Shown: in pieces, positions 40,620-53,101 of the stretch
How positions within the stretch are numbered: position 1 is the stretch's first letter
Layout of the letters: the number at the start of each line of letters is the position of its first letter
From: Octopus vulgaris
Taxonomy: Eukaryota
DNA: 64,000 nucleotides
Assembly (NCBI GenBank): GCA_951406725.2
Contig: OX597817.1
Coordinates: forward strand, 122,388,001-122,452,000
Direction of reading: 5' to 3'
Position numbers and translations under genes: made by a program
The notes under the pieces: generated by a model
Databases searched by the model: none
What the model saw: only the letters and a program-made list of their open reading frames with translations
What the model was told of the DNA's origin: nothing

Positions 40620-41117
40620 GTTAATAATGATGATGATGATGATGATGGTGATGATATACATATTTTGAGGCATGCATAAATGCATAATATGATGTCTAAT
40701 CTTGTAGAATAAATCAAAAGTTAAAACTTTCTGAAATGACAATGTTGACGATGATGATGATGGTGATGGTGGTGGTGATGACGATGATGATGAAGGCAAT
40801 GACGGTGAACATGATGATGATGATGATGACAATGATGATGATGGTGAGGGTATTTATAAAAATGAAAACTACGATGACGATCAACACCATCGCTGAAATT
40901 ACCATCATCATTGTCATCGCTAAAGTCCTCATTGTTGCTGTGATCATCATCATCATCATCGTGTTTGTTATTATTGTCACTATCTTCATCATTTCCATCC
41001 CAATATTTCTATCATATCAGTATTTATGATTTTTTTTTTTTTTTTTCCATTTAGGATTCTTTTACTTCCAACCCATGGCAGCATGGTTAGATGCTAAATG
41101 ATGCTAATGCTGATATA

Positions 41118-42240
41118 TTGGGTCATCTCATAAATAATGCAGTTTTTTTACAAAAGTTGGAGGGGGACGAAATAAACTACCTGCATTGACTTGCTATGAA
41201 AACAGGTAGTAATTTTACCTTGTGCTTATTCATAGTGCAAGTTTTGAAGAGTGCAGTTTGATTTTAACTGTTATTTTTTCAAAGTTATAATGGAAGTGAC
41301 AAAGGAGCATATTTGGCATATTTAGCTTTATGAGTTCAATAAAGGCAACAACACAATGGAAAGTTAGATGAATATTAATGATGTATATGGGGATCCTTCA
41401 ATAAGCATAATCCAGTGTCAACAGTGGCTCCAGAAATTCAGAGCCAGAAACTACAGCCTAGAAGAAGAGCCTCATCTTGGAAGATCTGTTGAGCTCATCG
41501 AGGATGTCCTGCAAACCTTAGTGGAACAAAATCCCATCACAACTGTGGAATTAGCTGAGAAGCTTGGATAGGGTCATTAAACCATTCATCAACACCTGCA
41601 TGCCATCAGAAAAGTCAGAAAATTGGGTCAATGGTTTCCTCACAAACTTTCTGAGTCTAATTGTGTACAAAGAGTGAATGTGTACTATTCTTTGCTGACA
41701 CATCTCAGAAATGAACCTTGTTTTGGACCAGATAGTGACTGGTCATCAGAAATGGGTTCTCTATAGAAATGTTAAGTGCCAAAGACAGTGGGTAGGTGAG
41801 GGAGAAACACTGACACCCCATGCTAAAGAAGGTCTTCACCACGTAAGGTATTGGTATCTGTTTAGTGAGATATGAAGGGTTTAGTCCACTTTGAACTTTT
41901 AAAGCCAAACCAAATGATAACAAAAGAGATTTACTGTCAGAAGTGCTAGAAGAAAAACGACCATCTTTGGTTTCAAGACAAAAGGTGTTCTTCTATCAGG
42001 ATAATGCTCAGCCACATATAGCAAGGATGACATTCCAAAGACTGGAGCAGTTTGAATGGGAAACGATGCTCCACCCACCATATTTGCCGGACATTGTCAC
42101 ATCTGATTATCATATATTCCACAGTCTTCAAAATCATTTCGATGGAAAAAAATATAAATTCTGTAGATGAGGTCAGAACAGTATTGGAGGAGTATTTTTC
42201 ATCATGGGTAAATGAATTTTAGAAGAGGAGCTGCACAAGT
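41118..42240 (+). pseudogene. Decayed mariner transposon (D,D34D-type transposase), 3' end missing
   Basis: ATG at 41290. Motifs WLQKFR..YSLEEEPHLGR, WFPHKL (~WVPHxL), DQIVTGHQKW (~TGDEKW), YQDNAQPH and HPPYLPDIVTSDY (~YSPDLAPSDY), with many stops and frameshifts. Putative 5' TIR ta|ttgggtcatctcataaataatgc. Confidence 0.92.
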
Positions 42241-42272
42241 ATTAGTTTGATGCGCTGCAAAAAGAGAGAGGT

Positions 42273-42305
42273 TTTGATGTTTCAAGCATAGCTCTTTGTT
42301 GGAAA
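42273..42305 (-). ncRNA. CpG-decayed minimal hammerhead-like motif in a short element (~42241-42375)
   Basis: Minus strand reads TTT-CCAACAA-A-GAGC-tat-GCTT-GAAA-CA-TC-AAA. Confidence 0.45.
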
Positions 42306-42375
42306 GGTGAATGGGAAGAAGTCCAAGATGGAAATGAAATCACTAACAGCATGTATGAAGTTACAGTGCTGAACT

Positions 42376-42410
<35 letters not shown>

Positions 42411-43318
42411 TCGATTTATTCATGTTTAGTTAAAGTTTGTTTCTTCTCAGCATCCTGCCAATTTAATGACCTGTTACAGGGGTTGGTGAACCAGGGTAAA
42501 TTATCCCAAGTGAGGTAAAAATGGAATTCTTGGCAGTAAGTAAAATTAAGAATATTTAAAAAATGTGTTCCTTGTTATCTATGATTTTCTTCCTTTGAAA
42601 TCAAAGGGGGTAACGATGTAAATATATATCTTTTGGGGTAAATTGTTAAAAATTTCCCCAACACCTGTCTTAGTGTTTCAAGGAAATACAGTGACCTAGC
42701 TAACATAGCAGAGCAGTTAAATGCTTTTGAAAGAATTATATAGAGAGAATGGATTGATCAAACCTGGAGCTAATTTAATCATGTAAAAATCTGTTAGAAC
42801 AACAACTGTATATACCAAAGAGAGAGTTTCTTTGAACTCACTCGACCTGGAAGAGAAAGCAACTAAATCTTCCACAAATCTCAGCCTACAATATTAAAAA
42901 AGGAAAGATTTCATTTGGATAATGTAGTGCTGAATATGCAATGCACTGAAACAAATGATAGGAAAAGATAAAAAAAAAAAAAAACTATAGGTTAGGCAGA
43001 GCTAAAGCAAGACTTTAATTACAGGTTTGCTGAATCTCAGGATTGTCTTTGAACAAAACAACAACTTCAATTAGGTTATACATTTAAAATCAGTGCAGTC
43101 AATTACTACTCACTTTTCTGTTAAAAAAACATCTGCTTCTCAGCTATTTTCTTTCCTTACATTCTCTTAGCACCTTTCATATAAATTTAACACACTGAAC
43201 TTATAATCATTAGTTGACTCTGCTCAGATTATTCCAGGACTTCAACATACACCAATGCTATTCTTTTCTTTTGGGCATTCAGTTGACAGAATATTTAGAA
43301 TATTCTGTTAACTGAACA

Positions 43319-43538
43319 AGGCGGTGAGCTGGCAGTAACGTTAGCATGCCGGGCGAAATGCTTAGAGGCATTTCGTCTGCCGCTATGTTCTGAGTTCAAA
43401 TTCCGCCGAGGTCGATTTCGCCTTTCATCCTTTCGGGGTCGATGAATTAAGTACCAGTTACGCACTGGGGCCGATGTCATCGACTTAATCCTTGTTTGTC
43501 CCCTCTATATTTAGCCCCTTGTGGGTAATAAAGAAATA
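43319..43538 (+). mobile_element. SINE family B, young full-length copy
   Basis: B-box-like gagttcaaattcc and core cctttcatcctttcggggtcgat...aagtaccag. TSD agaatattt at 43288-43296 and 43539-43547. Confidence 0.92.
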
Positions 43539-44155
43539 AGAATATTTGGCAAATGCTTTTGGAATATTTGTTCATGCTATTTAGCTTTCTGGGTTCAAAT
43601 TCCACTAAGGTCTACTTTACCTTCCATGCTTCTAGGATTGATAAACAAAGTACCAGTTTAGTACTGACACCAGTTCCTCTCTCTTTTTTCTTTCTTTCAA
43701 AAGCAGCAACATTGTAAGATGGGTCAAACAAAGGATTTAGCAACTTCTCAAAAACTGTCCAAGAATGGATACCAATACATAGGGACAACATGGAAAGTTC
43801 GAAATGACTATGAGAGAATAGGATGACAGGTTTTCTAGTGTATAACTGGCTGTTTGAAAACAGTAGGTACACAATTCAAAATCCGTCAATGTACTCATTT
43901 CTTCTTTCTGCCTGAAACTTGTGCTTACAATATCAAATTTATTCTTTTCCATCAATAGATACTTCTAGCACTGAAAGGCCAAGCTACTGTCTTTATTGTG
44001 GTTGTTGTTATTGCTGTTGTCAGACTTGGTCTCTCTCTTTCTTAATCTTAATTTTCCCCAACCAGCTCAACTGCACTTTGAGAGGGTGATGGGAAAACAT
44101 TTTCAGCACCCCCACTTCTTGTAAAAAATAGAAAGTCGTGTAAAAAAAAAAGGTA

Positions 44156-44395
44156 AAGTTATGTTTTTTTAGTCATACCAACTCATAAGGGACAGTTTCT
44201 CAGTTTCACGGCGTATATATTCTCTACCTGGATTGGACGCCAGTCCATCACAGGATTACTCATTTTTGTCTGCTAAGTGGACTAAAGCAATGTGAAATGA
44301 AGCATTTTACTCAAGATCACATGGTCCAGGAATCGAAATCACAATCTTACAATCATGAGTCCAACACCCTAACCATTAAGCCACGTGCTCCCACA
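44156..44395 (-). mobile_element. SINE family D variant
   Basis: Minus-strand head gtggcttaatggttagggtgttggact...gtttcgattcc. Confidence 0.7.
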
Positions 44396-45099
44396 AGAAG
44401 TGTTGAGTGAAGGGCTACAAATCTTTTCTCCTCTAAAAACAGGGATGTCTTAAGGTATGGACACACCAGGCAGTTTTCTATGGGCCCAACATTTCAAGGA
44501 GCCTCAAAGGGCCCAGTTCCAGTCTATGTATGCTGTGACTTGCCATCAAGGAATAAATGCTATAGAGCATAGAGCATCTATTTACCAGGAGAGTTATAAA
44601 GCTGCTAAGATAACTCAGTCAAGAAGATTATATAAATCTTCCAATGAAGCTATTAGAACATAGTGGGTGGGCATGGGTGGATTGCTGTGCTTTATGATGA
44701 GGAATGGTGGAAAAGAAAAAGAGGTTCCTTTCTTTGTTATACATCAATACACTTGAAAATGTGAACTGCAAAGTCATAAAAACAAAGAGAAGGAGAAGGA
44801 AGAATCTTTGAAGAATTTCTGGAACTTTTTGTTTTTTGATACATTCTGTTTCCATTCCTAAGCCATTAGATTTACACCAGAACCACCTCCAACGTCAGTT
44901 TGTCGGTCACGCTCATCCATTCTATATCACCTATGTTTGCAGAACTTATTTACTGCATCCAGCAAAACAAACCATTGGAGACAAGAGAAATAATAATAAA
45001 TAAAATCAAAATCCATTTAACTGATTTATTTCTCTGTTATCTCATTGGAATATATTATTTATATTAATTTTTACTGTTTTATTTTTACAACATAAATTT

Positions 45100-45169
45100 A
45101 CTAATTATTATTATTATTATTATTATTATCACCATCACAACCATCAATATCAATATTGTCATTGTTATC

Positions 45170-45202
<33 letters not shown>

Positions 45203-45385
45203 GTTATTATTATTATTATCGTTATTATTATTGTTATCGTTGTTATTATTATTATTATTATCGTTGTTGTTGTTATTATTATTATTATTATTGTTATTAT
45301 TATTATTATCATTATTTTTGTTATTATTATTGTTATCGTTATTGTTATTATTATTATTATTATTATTATCATTATTATTATTATG
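45100..45385. repeat. Long imperfect (TTA/TTG/TCG)n microsatellite
   Basis: Read directly. It explains the poly-I and poly-L ORFs. Confidence 0.95.
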
Positions 45386-45822
45386 CTATTGCTGGGTGGA
45401 GCCTTACTGACTGTTCCAGCTCAGATATCACATTAGTTGTTGAACCTGTTGCATTTCACATACTGAACCTATCATAAAATTGGTTTCCCAAAACAAAACT
45501 CCAATCAGCTGTGGTTTTTGCTTTTTGCCAATTTATTTAATTATGCTGGTTTATTGTTTTGGCTGTGCAAAAATCTAAATATTGTACATGTGTATAAATG
45601 TATGTAAATATATATATATGCATGTGTTTTCCATTGAATTGAATTTTCAGATGCTTTTTTTTTTCAAGTTCAGTGCTATAATTTTATTTGAATTATACAA
45701 CATCTAAATAATCACAAAACAATGTTAACAAAATAATGTTAACAACTGTTGCCTTCAAGCATGTCAATATAAACGAATCCATAGACTGTGTATGTTGTTT
45801 ATATCATATATTTTTCCTTCTT

Positions 45823-45865
<43 letters not shown>

Positions 45866-46112
45866 TTATTTATCAATATATTCTAAATTGAAATTATTAT
45901 TTTATGTGGAGACACAAAAATATGAAAGATTTAAATTGTTATCAGAAAATTTTTATGAAAAAACCCCCAAAAAACTCAGATGTCAGAAAATGAATCACAT
46001 TACAGAAACTTTGTTTAAAAGCTGTAACTATATTTTAGATATTTTTGGAAGGATATATTTAATACTGGGGTAGAAAATGGGTAAAGTTTTTACCTGCTCC
46101 CTCTAACACATG

Positions 46113-46201
<89 letters not shown>

Positions 46202-46214
46202 CACACACACACAC

Positions 46215-46252
<38 letters not shown>

Positions 46253-46364
46253 GTTTCTTTATTGGCCACACAGGGCTGCACACAGATGGGACAAGTTACA
46301 AGGTAGAGCTTTTCTGTTGGGGGATAGATCGATGGATGGCTCAATGGATGGATAGATATGTATT

Positions 46365-46690
46365 GGTGTTGCATTGGGGTAAGGAGCTTACTTCCCAACA
46401 TCATGGTTCTAGGTTCAGTCCCACTGAATGACATCTTATGCAAGTGTCTTTATTATAGTCGAAGGCTGACCAAAGACCTGGAAGTGAATTTGTTTCATTG
46501 AAAGGGAAAGAAACTTGTCATATGTATATCTGTGTATGTGTGTGTGTGTGCACACATGTGTATGTGTGCGTATGTGTCTGGCCCCCCACCATCGCTTAGT
46601 AACCAGTGTTGGTTTGTTTATGTCCTTGTAACTTAGCAGTTCAGCATAGAGACCGATAGACTAAGTACTAGGTTTTAAAAAGGAAATATC
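46365..46690 (+). mobile_element. SINE family A, older copy
   Basis: Head, (TG)n and partial tail. Confidence 0.8.
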
Positions 46691-47507
46691 TAATGTGGTT
46701 TACTCATTTGATTCAAATGTTTCAAGCCTGTGTCCAAGTTGACTTCAGCATGATTTGAACCCAGAGAGCCAGAACAATTACTGCAAGACATCCTATCTGA
46801 CATTCTATTGAGTGTGTGTATGTGTGTGTGTGCTTTATGACAGTCAAGTCCCATTAAATCTAATATCAAATGTTCATACCTCAACTGATTTTCTTCTTTT
46901 ACCAATGCTTGCGACTCAACAATCATATTTCTACTGCTGCTGCCACCACCACTACAACCACCACTATCACCATCACCACCATCACAACCATCAAGAGAAA
47001 CTCTTTCCCTTTCAAGCACAGATCTTTAATTTTCATGTGATGAAAGATAGAGTAGAGGATGTTGGATAGATGTTGAGTGGAAGCCTGTATATGTGTGCTT
47101 CATACAAAAGAGATAGCAGAAGTTATTCTATTGGGTGGTTAGTTGTTCTAAAATGGTTTGAATACATTTTCTACCAGCAGAATCTTGGATAAATTACAGG
47201 GTGGCAGTGCTAAGCAGTGATGTATAAAAATACAAGTGTCACTTCCAGTACAAATATCCTTGGGGTATATTTGAACTTGTAAGAAAGCATTTCTCTGTTT
47301 TGTCATGGAGAAAATTTCTCACTGGGGGCAAATAAAGTAAATACACCTAAAATAAGCTTGCAGCACCACCTACCGAGTCTGTGAGATGCAAGCATTTTGG
47401 AGTAGTTATCTCCTCTTTAGCCACAGCAACCGAACTGGGCTGCTAGTGTGGCACTGGTATTTAATCACTAAATAATTTCATATTTTACATCATGTTGTGG
47501 TCATTCT

Positions 47508-47905
47508 TATTTCTTTATTGCCCACAAGGGGCCAAACAAGGGCAGACAAAGGTATTAAGTCGATTACATCAACCCCAGTGCGTAACTGGTACTTAATTTA
47601 TCGACCCCGAAAGGATGAAAGGCAAAGTCGACTTCGGTGGAATTTGAACTCAGAACGTAACGGCAGATGAAAGATGAAATACCTATTTCTTTACTACCCA
47701 CAATGGGCTAAACACAGAGAGGACAAACAAGGACAGACAAATGGATTAAGTCAATTATATCGACCCCAGTGCATAACTGGTACTTATTTAATCGACCCCA
47801 AAAGGATGAAAGGCAAAGTTGAACTCAGAATGTAACGGCAGACAAAAGACAAAATACCGGGAAGCATTTTGCCCGGCGTGCTGACATTTCTGCCAGTTTG
47901 CCACC
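47508..47905 (-). mobile_element. Dimeric family B SINE
   Basis: Two units lie within one 13-bp TSD, ttgtggtcattct (47495-47507 and 47906-47918). Confidence 0.9.
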
Positions 47906-48303
47906 TTGTGGTCATTCTGTTCTGCTCGTTGATTGTTACTATGACAATAAATAATGGACTCTCGTGTCAAAAACAATATATGAGCATTCAGCTTTTTGCT
48001 CAACAACCTGCACAAAAGATTTGTTTAAATTGATCAACTGTTCATGCTGCACATTAGCTCATTCACTCCGTGAAATCAACATTGCTGAACAGGTGCACTG
48101 CATACCATGTGTCAGGTGTTAAAGTGATTGTAGAGTAGCATGAGGTGAAGAGCTTTGCTTGAGAACACAATGCACAACCGAGTTTAGGAATTGGGCTCAT
48201 GATCACTAACCACTTGACCATGTGCACTATAAATATATGCGTGTGTATCGTTATCGATTTTCTTTCTCCATCTTCCCTTCCGAGGACCTTTCCTTTATCT
48301 ATG

Positions 48304-48336
48304 TTTCTGGTGAAGAGCTCCGCTCGAAATGTTAAA
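48304..48336 (+). ncRNA. Minimal hammerhead-like motif in a short element (~48240-48440) ending in (TA)n
   Basis: TTT-CTGGTGA-A-GAGC-tcc-GCTC-GAAA-TG-TT-AAA, with a perfect stem II. Confidence 0.58.
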
Positions 48337-48435
48337 TCCTCCTTCTTTCTTTCCTTTCCTGAGCGTCCAATAACACTATAATTGTTTCATGGCCTCGCGC
48401 TGTTGTATTTTCTCTTTGTGTTTTCATGTTTGGAT

Positions 48436-48477
<42 letters not shown>

Positions 48478-48502
48478 AGGATGAAAAGGAGCATACAAGT
48501 TG

Positions 48503-48731
48503 ATATATATGGAAAAAAAGTCAAGATAGAAAATGCTAAAATAGGAAGATGTCACTTGTATTTGAACACTATACAAATATTCCTTTAAATAAACTTTTCT
48601 TTTAATTTTTTCTAAATTTAATTATTTAATTGTTACAGCTGAAAAAATCTCAGTGACTGAAACCACTACTGAAATATTTTTTATAAAATTATTTTAGCAT
48701 TTTCTATCTTGACTTTTTTTTCCATATATAT
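48503..48731. mobile_element. Fold-back element (~40 bp arms) enclosing a degenerate hammerhead-like motif
   Basis: Arms ggaaaaaaagtcaagatagaaaatgctaaaata and its reverse complement at 48690-48723. CAG-CTGAAAA-...-GAAA-ccac-TA-CTG at 48636-48671. Confidence 0.65.
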
Positions 48732-48954
48732 ATATATAGAATAACTAAAGCAGTGCATGAACAGAGTAACTACGTTCAGACTACTAATAGGTGACAAGGA
48801 AGTCACAATGATCTCAGCATGTTCTCCTTTGTCAAGACTGAAAGATGAGTGCTAGTCTTTTGAAATGCATTATCTTCATTTTAATTTGTTTTGAAAATAG
48901 TGAAGAATTTTAATAAAATAACCTTATCATTAAGCTACTGTTAGAAACATATTT

Positions 48955-49105
48955 TCATGGAGTGGTTAGCATTAGGAAAGGCATCCAACTGTAGAAACAC
49001 TGCCAGATCAGACTGGTGCCTGGTGCAGCCTCCTGGCTTCCCAGACCCCAGTTGAACCGTCCAACCCATGCTAGCATGGAAAACGGACGTTAAACGATGA
49101 TGATG
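48955..49105 (+). mobile_element. Family C RTE-tailed short retroposon
   Basis: gagtggttagcattaggaaaggcatcca...ccaacccatgctagcatggaaaacggacgttaaac(GAT)n. Confidence 0.85.
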
Positions 49106-49137
49106 AATTTTGATGGCAGATTTTGATTTACACCACT

Positions 49138-49764
49138 TTAACCTTTTAGTATTCACATTACTTTGTTAAATATAATGTTTACTCTTTTACTTGTTTCAGT
49201 CATTTAATTGTGGCCATGCTGAAGCACCACCTTTAGTTGAGCAAATCGACCCCGAGACTTATTCTTTGTAAGCCCAGTACTTATTCTATCGGTCTCTTTT
49301 GCTGAACCGCTAAGTTACGGAGACGTAAACACACCAGCATCGGTTGTCAAGTGATGTTAGGGAGACAAACACAGACACACAAATACACATACACATATAT
49401 ATATATATATACATATATACGATAGGCTTCTTTCAGTTTCCATCTGCCAAATCCACTCACAAGGCATTGGTCAGCCCGAGGCTAAAGCAGAAGACACTTG
49501 CCCAAGGTGCTACACAGTGGGACTGAACCCAGAACCATGCGGCTCATAAGCAAACCACTTACCACACAGCCACTACTATGCCTATGTTTATTCACATTAT
49601 TTTGAATCAGTCATGCATTACCTTGTAGTTTTAAAATTTCAATGATGTAATCGTTTATTTTTAGAATGAACTTGTAGTGTGAGAGACCAGATCCAGCTGG
49701 CTTAAGCACAAAATACGTAGAATATTTCAACGAGATATGTTTAGTTTATATGCTAATGGATTAA
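49138..49764 (+). mobile_element. TTAA MITE interrupted by a family A SINE (49182-49583, minus strand)
   Basis: TTAA at both ends. The SINE has a TSD atgttta at 49175-49181 and 49584-49590. Confidence 0.85.
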
Positions 49765-50451
49765 AACAGAAGGGTTTTAAAGGGCAGCTCTAATCAGATT
49801 GTTACCAAAGGGGTTAAACTTTACCCTGAGTATTCTAAAGTTTATAGAGATTTTGGTATCATAAAGATTATCAAAGAGGTTTTATATTTCCAGAGAGTAA
49901 GTGTAAAAGTGCATTATTACATAATAAGCAATATATAAAGAAAACCTGGCGTTTTCAAGACAGTATTTCTATTAGATATACACTATTTATTCTACTAAGG
50001 AAGTAAATTGACAATGATATACTGGAAATTTCATTTAACCTTCAAGATATCCCATTAATAAATAATTTCCATATGTTATGACTCATATAAGATATCAGTA
50101 ATGGTGTGCACGTGCAGATAGGTGTGTGTGTGAGTACATATACGTGTACATAGATATATGAATGCAATAAAGTTTTTTAAAGTTTCTGTGCCATGCAAGT
50201 GCCACTGGCATACAAACTTTAAAGATTTTATACTTTATCAATAAAAGCTATTTTTGCCAAAGCAGGCCTCCGCCAATGTGGTTTCCTCTGTTGCTGTGTG
50301 TGTTCTTGATGTTATGGACTACTGAGATGGGGGATAAAACACATTAACACTTGACTACATCATGCTAACATGGATGGTAAAACAGATGGGAGAAATTGCA
50401 GATGGTGATTATACCAATGAATGTTGCAATAATTTATTTGGATTTAATAAA

Positions 50452-50827
50452 TATCATCATCATCATCATCATTGTTTAGCGTCCGCTTTCCATGCTAGCA
50501 TGGGTTGGACGGGTCAACTGGGGTTTGTGAAGCTGGAAGGCTTCGTCAGGCCCAGTCAGATCTGGCAGTGTTTCTACGGCTGGATGCCCTTCCTAACGCC
50601 AACCACTCCGCGAGTGTAGTGGGTGTTTTTACGTGCCACCTGCACAGGTGCCAGACAGAGCTGGCGAACGGCCACGAACGGATGGTGCTTTTACGTGCCA
50701 CCGGCACGGGGCCAGGCGATGCTGGCAACGGACACGAACGGATGGTGCTTTTACGTGCCACCGACACGGGGCCAGACAGAGCTGGCAACCGGCCACGAAC
50801 GGACGGTGCTTTTACGTGTCACCGGCA
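50452..50827 (-). mobile_element. Family C retroposon with a GC-rich tandem-repeat 5' end
   Basis: Family C tail at 50452-50620, followed by ~3.3 units of 60-62 bp (ttacgtgcca at 50629, 50691 and 50751; ttacgtgtca at 50812). Confidence 0.85.
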
Positions 50828-51124
50828 TATGTAAGTACTAAATCACAATACAGAAAGCAGAGGAATCTACTTGAATAAAGTAGGTTTAGTTTGAGCCTGA
50901 TGGAATTAAAACTTGGCTGAAGTATTACACACCATCTTGTAATAAAAAAAACAGAACCCAATAAAATATAAATCTACTTAAATAGCAGGTGAGTCTGCAT
51001 TTGTGACTGTTCTTATGTTCTTCCTAGTTTAAATTTGATCTTATGATTAAATGGTAATCTAATAGGGATTATCAGCCCTTTTATTCAGGTACTAAGTATC
51101 AAAGACTACGTTATCAAATATATC

Positions 51125-51518
51125 TTTTTGTTTTATTCTTTTATGTGTTTTAGTCATTAGACTGTGGTCATGCTGGGGCACCGCCTTGAAGAATTTTCAG
51201 TCGAATGAATCAATCTTAGTACTATTCTCTTTTTAAGCATAGCATTTATTATATTGATCTCTTTTCCCAAACTGCTAAATTACAGGGACATAAACACACT
51301 AACACTGGTTGTCAATTTGTGGTGGTGGGGGACAAACACCACACACACACACACATATATGATGGGCTTCTTTTAGTTTCTGTCAACCAAATCCACTCAC
51401 AAGGCTTTGATCAGCCTGAGGCTATAGAAAGAAGACACTTGCCAAAGATGCCAGGCAGTGGGATTGAACCAAGAGTCATGTGGTTGGAAAACAAACTACT
51501 TACCATATAGTCATGCCT
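51125..51518 (-). mobile_element. SINE family A
   Basis: Reverse complement of head and tail. Confidence 0.85.
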
Positions 51519-52847
51519 TATTATTATTTTTTTTCTCTCTTTTTTAAGATAAACTAAATGCATTGTAGGTAATTTAAGTATAAGTTGAAAACAGTTCAGG
51601 GACAACTTTCTTAGAATATAAAGCAACATGTCTAATAAATTCTGACAACTCAGAGAATAATTTAAGTCCTATAATGGAATGCATATCTTAGAGAGAAGAC
51701 ACCTTCCTAATTACTTTCTTCTCTTGAATGACAAAATACTCTGTGGTGACTATGACAGGCATTAAGAACATAAATACTATTCTTATGCAAAAAAAATGAT
51801 TGAGTCCTTGCTATACACAATGAGTTTAGCACTGCTGCTCGACAAAGAGTTTGAATCTAGGGTAGTTCGATATACTATAGTTATTTTGGTATGTTATTCT
51901 ATTGCTAAATAGCCTAAGAACAACACAGACACGTGATCAAATAAATTCTTGCTACATCCATCTCATCTTTTAGTGGTATCTAGAACTACTATTGAATCTG
52001 TCCTTTGTTCTTTTAAAATGGTAGGATATAAATTAAGAGCATGTTGGTGGTTATTTCTATCAACCTAAGTGATAGTATAGCAGTACATATACAGCGTTGT
52101 CTTGTTGTGTGTAAGTGTTCAGCGCTTGTTGATTTTGTAGGATGTCAATCGCACATTCGATTGTTTACAATAATTTTCAGTTATTTTTGAATCAGATATC
52201 AAAAGTAAATTTAACCTTATTTCGCATAAATTCATTTTGCAACTGTTTTCAGATCAATGGTTCTATTTCAGTTAAACAAACATAGAAACAGTTTTTTATT
52301 TCTTATAAATTAAGTACATTTACAACTTTATTGAACTCACTTTTATTTACTTTCAACTTAAATAACATGAATAAAAGCAACACACAGAAACAAGAACTTA
52401 CATAAATTTCAAGAACACATCAAGATGACTCAATATTTTGATGAATTTAATTAGTCATAAGAAATGCAAAAAAGTATTTGATGTAGAATCTTCGATTGAA
52501 ATAAGTAGCTGTCTATAAATTGTTTTCTGGTAACCAATTGCTTTTATGTGTTTGCTTCTTTTATCTTTGTTTTTTTTTTATATTATTAAGCATAATGTTT
52601 CAAGAAAAAAATTTCAAAACAAAAAGCAAAACAAAAAAGAACAGCCACAATAAAAGATGAATAGATTGTCATAATTCTTCTTTTTGTCTTGCTCCACTAT
52701 ACAACTATTTATATGAAATAAATCTATTTCTGAAGAATACCATAAATATAATATAATATTATGCACACACACACACATGCATATACATATACACACACGC
52801 ATACATATATGCACATACATTCATATATATCTGTATTTAGGTGTGTA

Positions 52848-52903
<56 letters not shown>

Positions 52904-53031
52904 CATTAAATGATGATGATGATATGTAAGATGAATATGAAATTCTAAGCATGGAAATAGATATCAAAGGCCTGAATTTGGATTGATTCATACTAGTTAG
53001 TTGATTATCAGAAACTTTTTCACTCTTCTTC

Positions 53032-53101
<70 letters not shown>

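Noticed and set aside
40555-40990. Apparent inverted repeat of (GAT)n and (CAT)n tracts
   Set aside because: Low-complexity triplet runs with no unique-sequence symmetry.
41290-42170. Functional transposase or SETMAR-like host gene
   Set aside because: It has multiple stops and frameshifts, decayed conserved motifs, no SET domain and no 3' TIR.
44858-44920. Minus-strand short frame MDERDRQTDVGGGSGVNLMA
   Set aside because: Only 20 codons, with no convincing splice sites or recognisable homology.
50622-50827. CRISPR-like regularly spaced repeats
   Set aside because: The whole unit repeats with no unique spacers, there are no cas genes and the context is eukaryotic.
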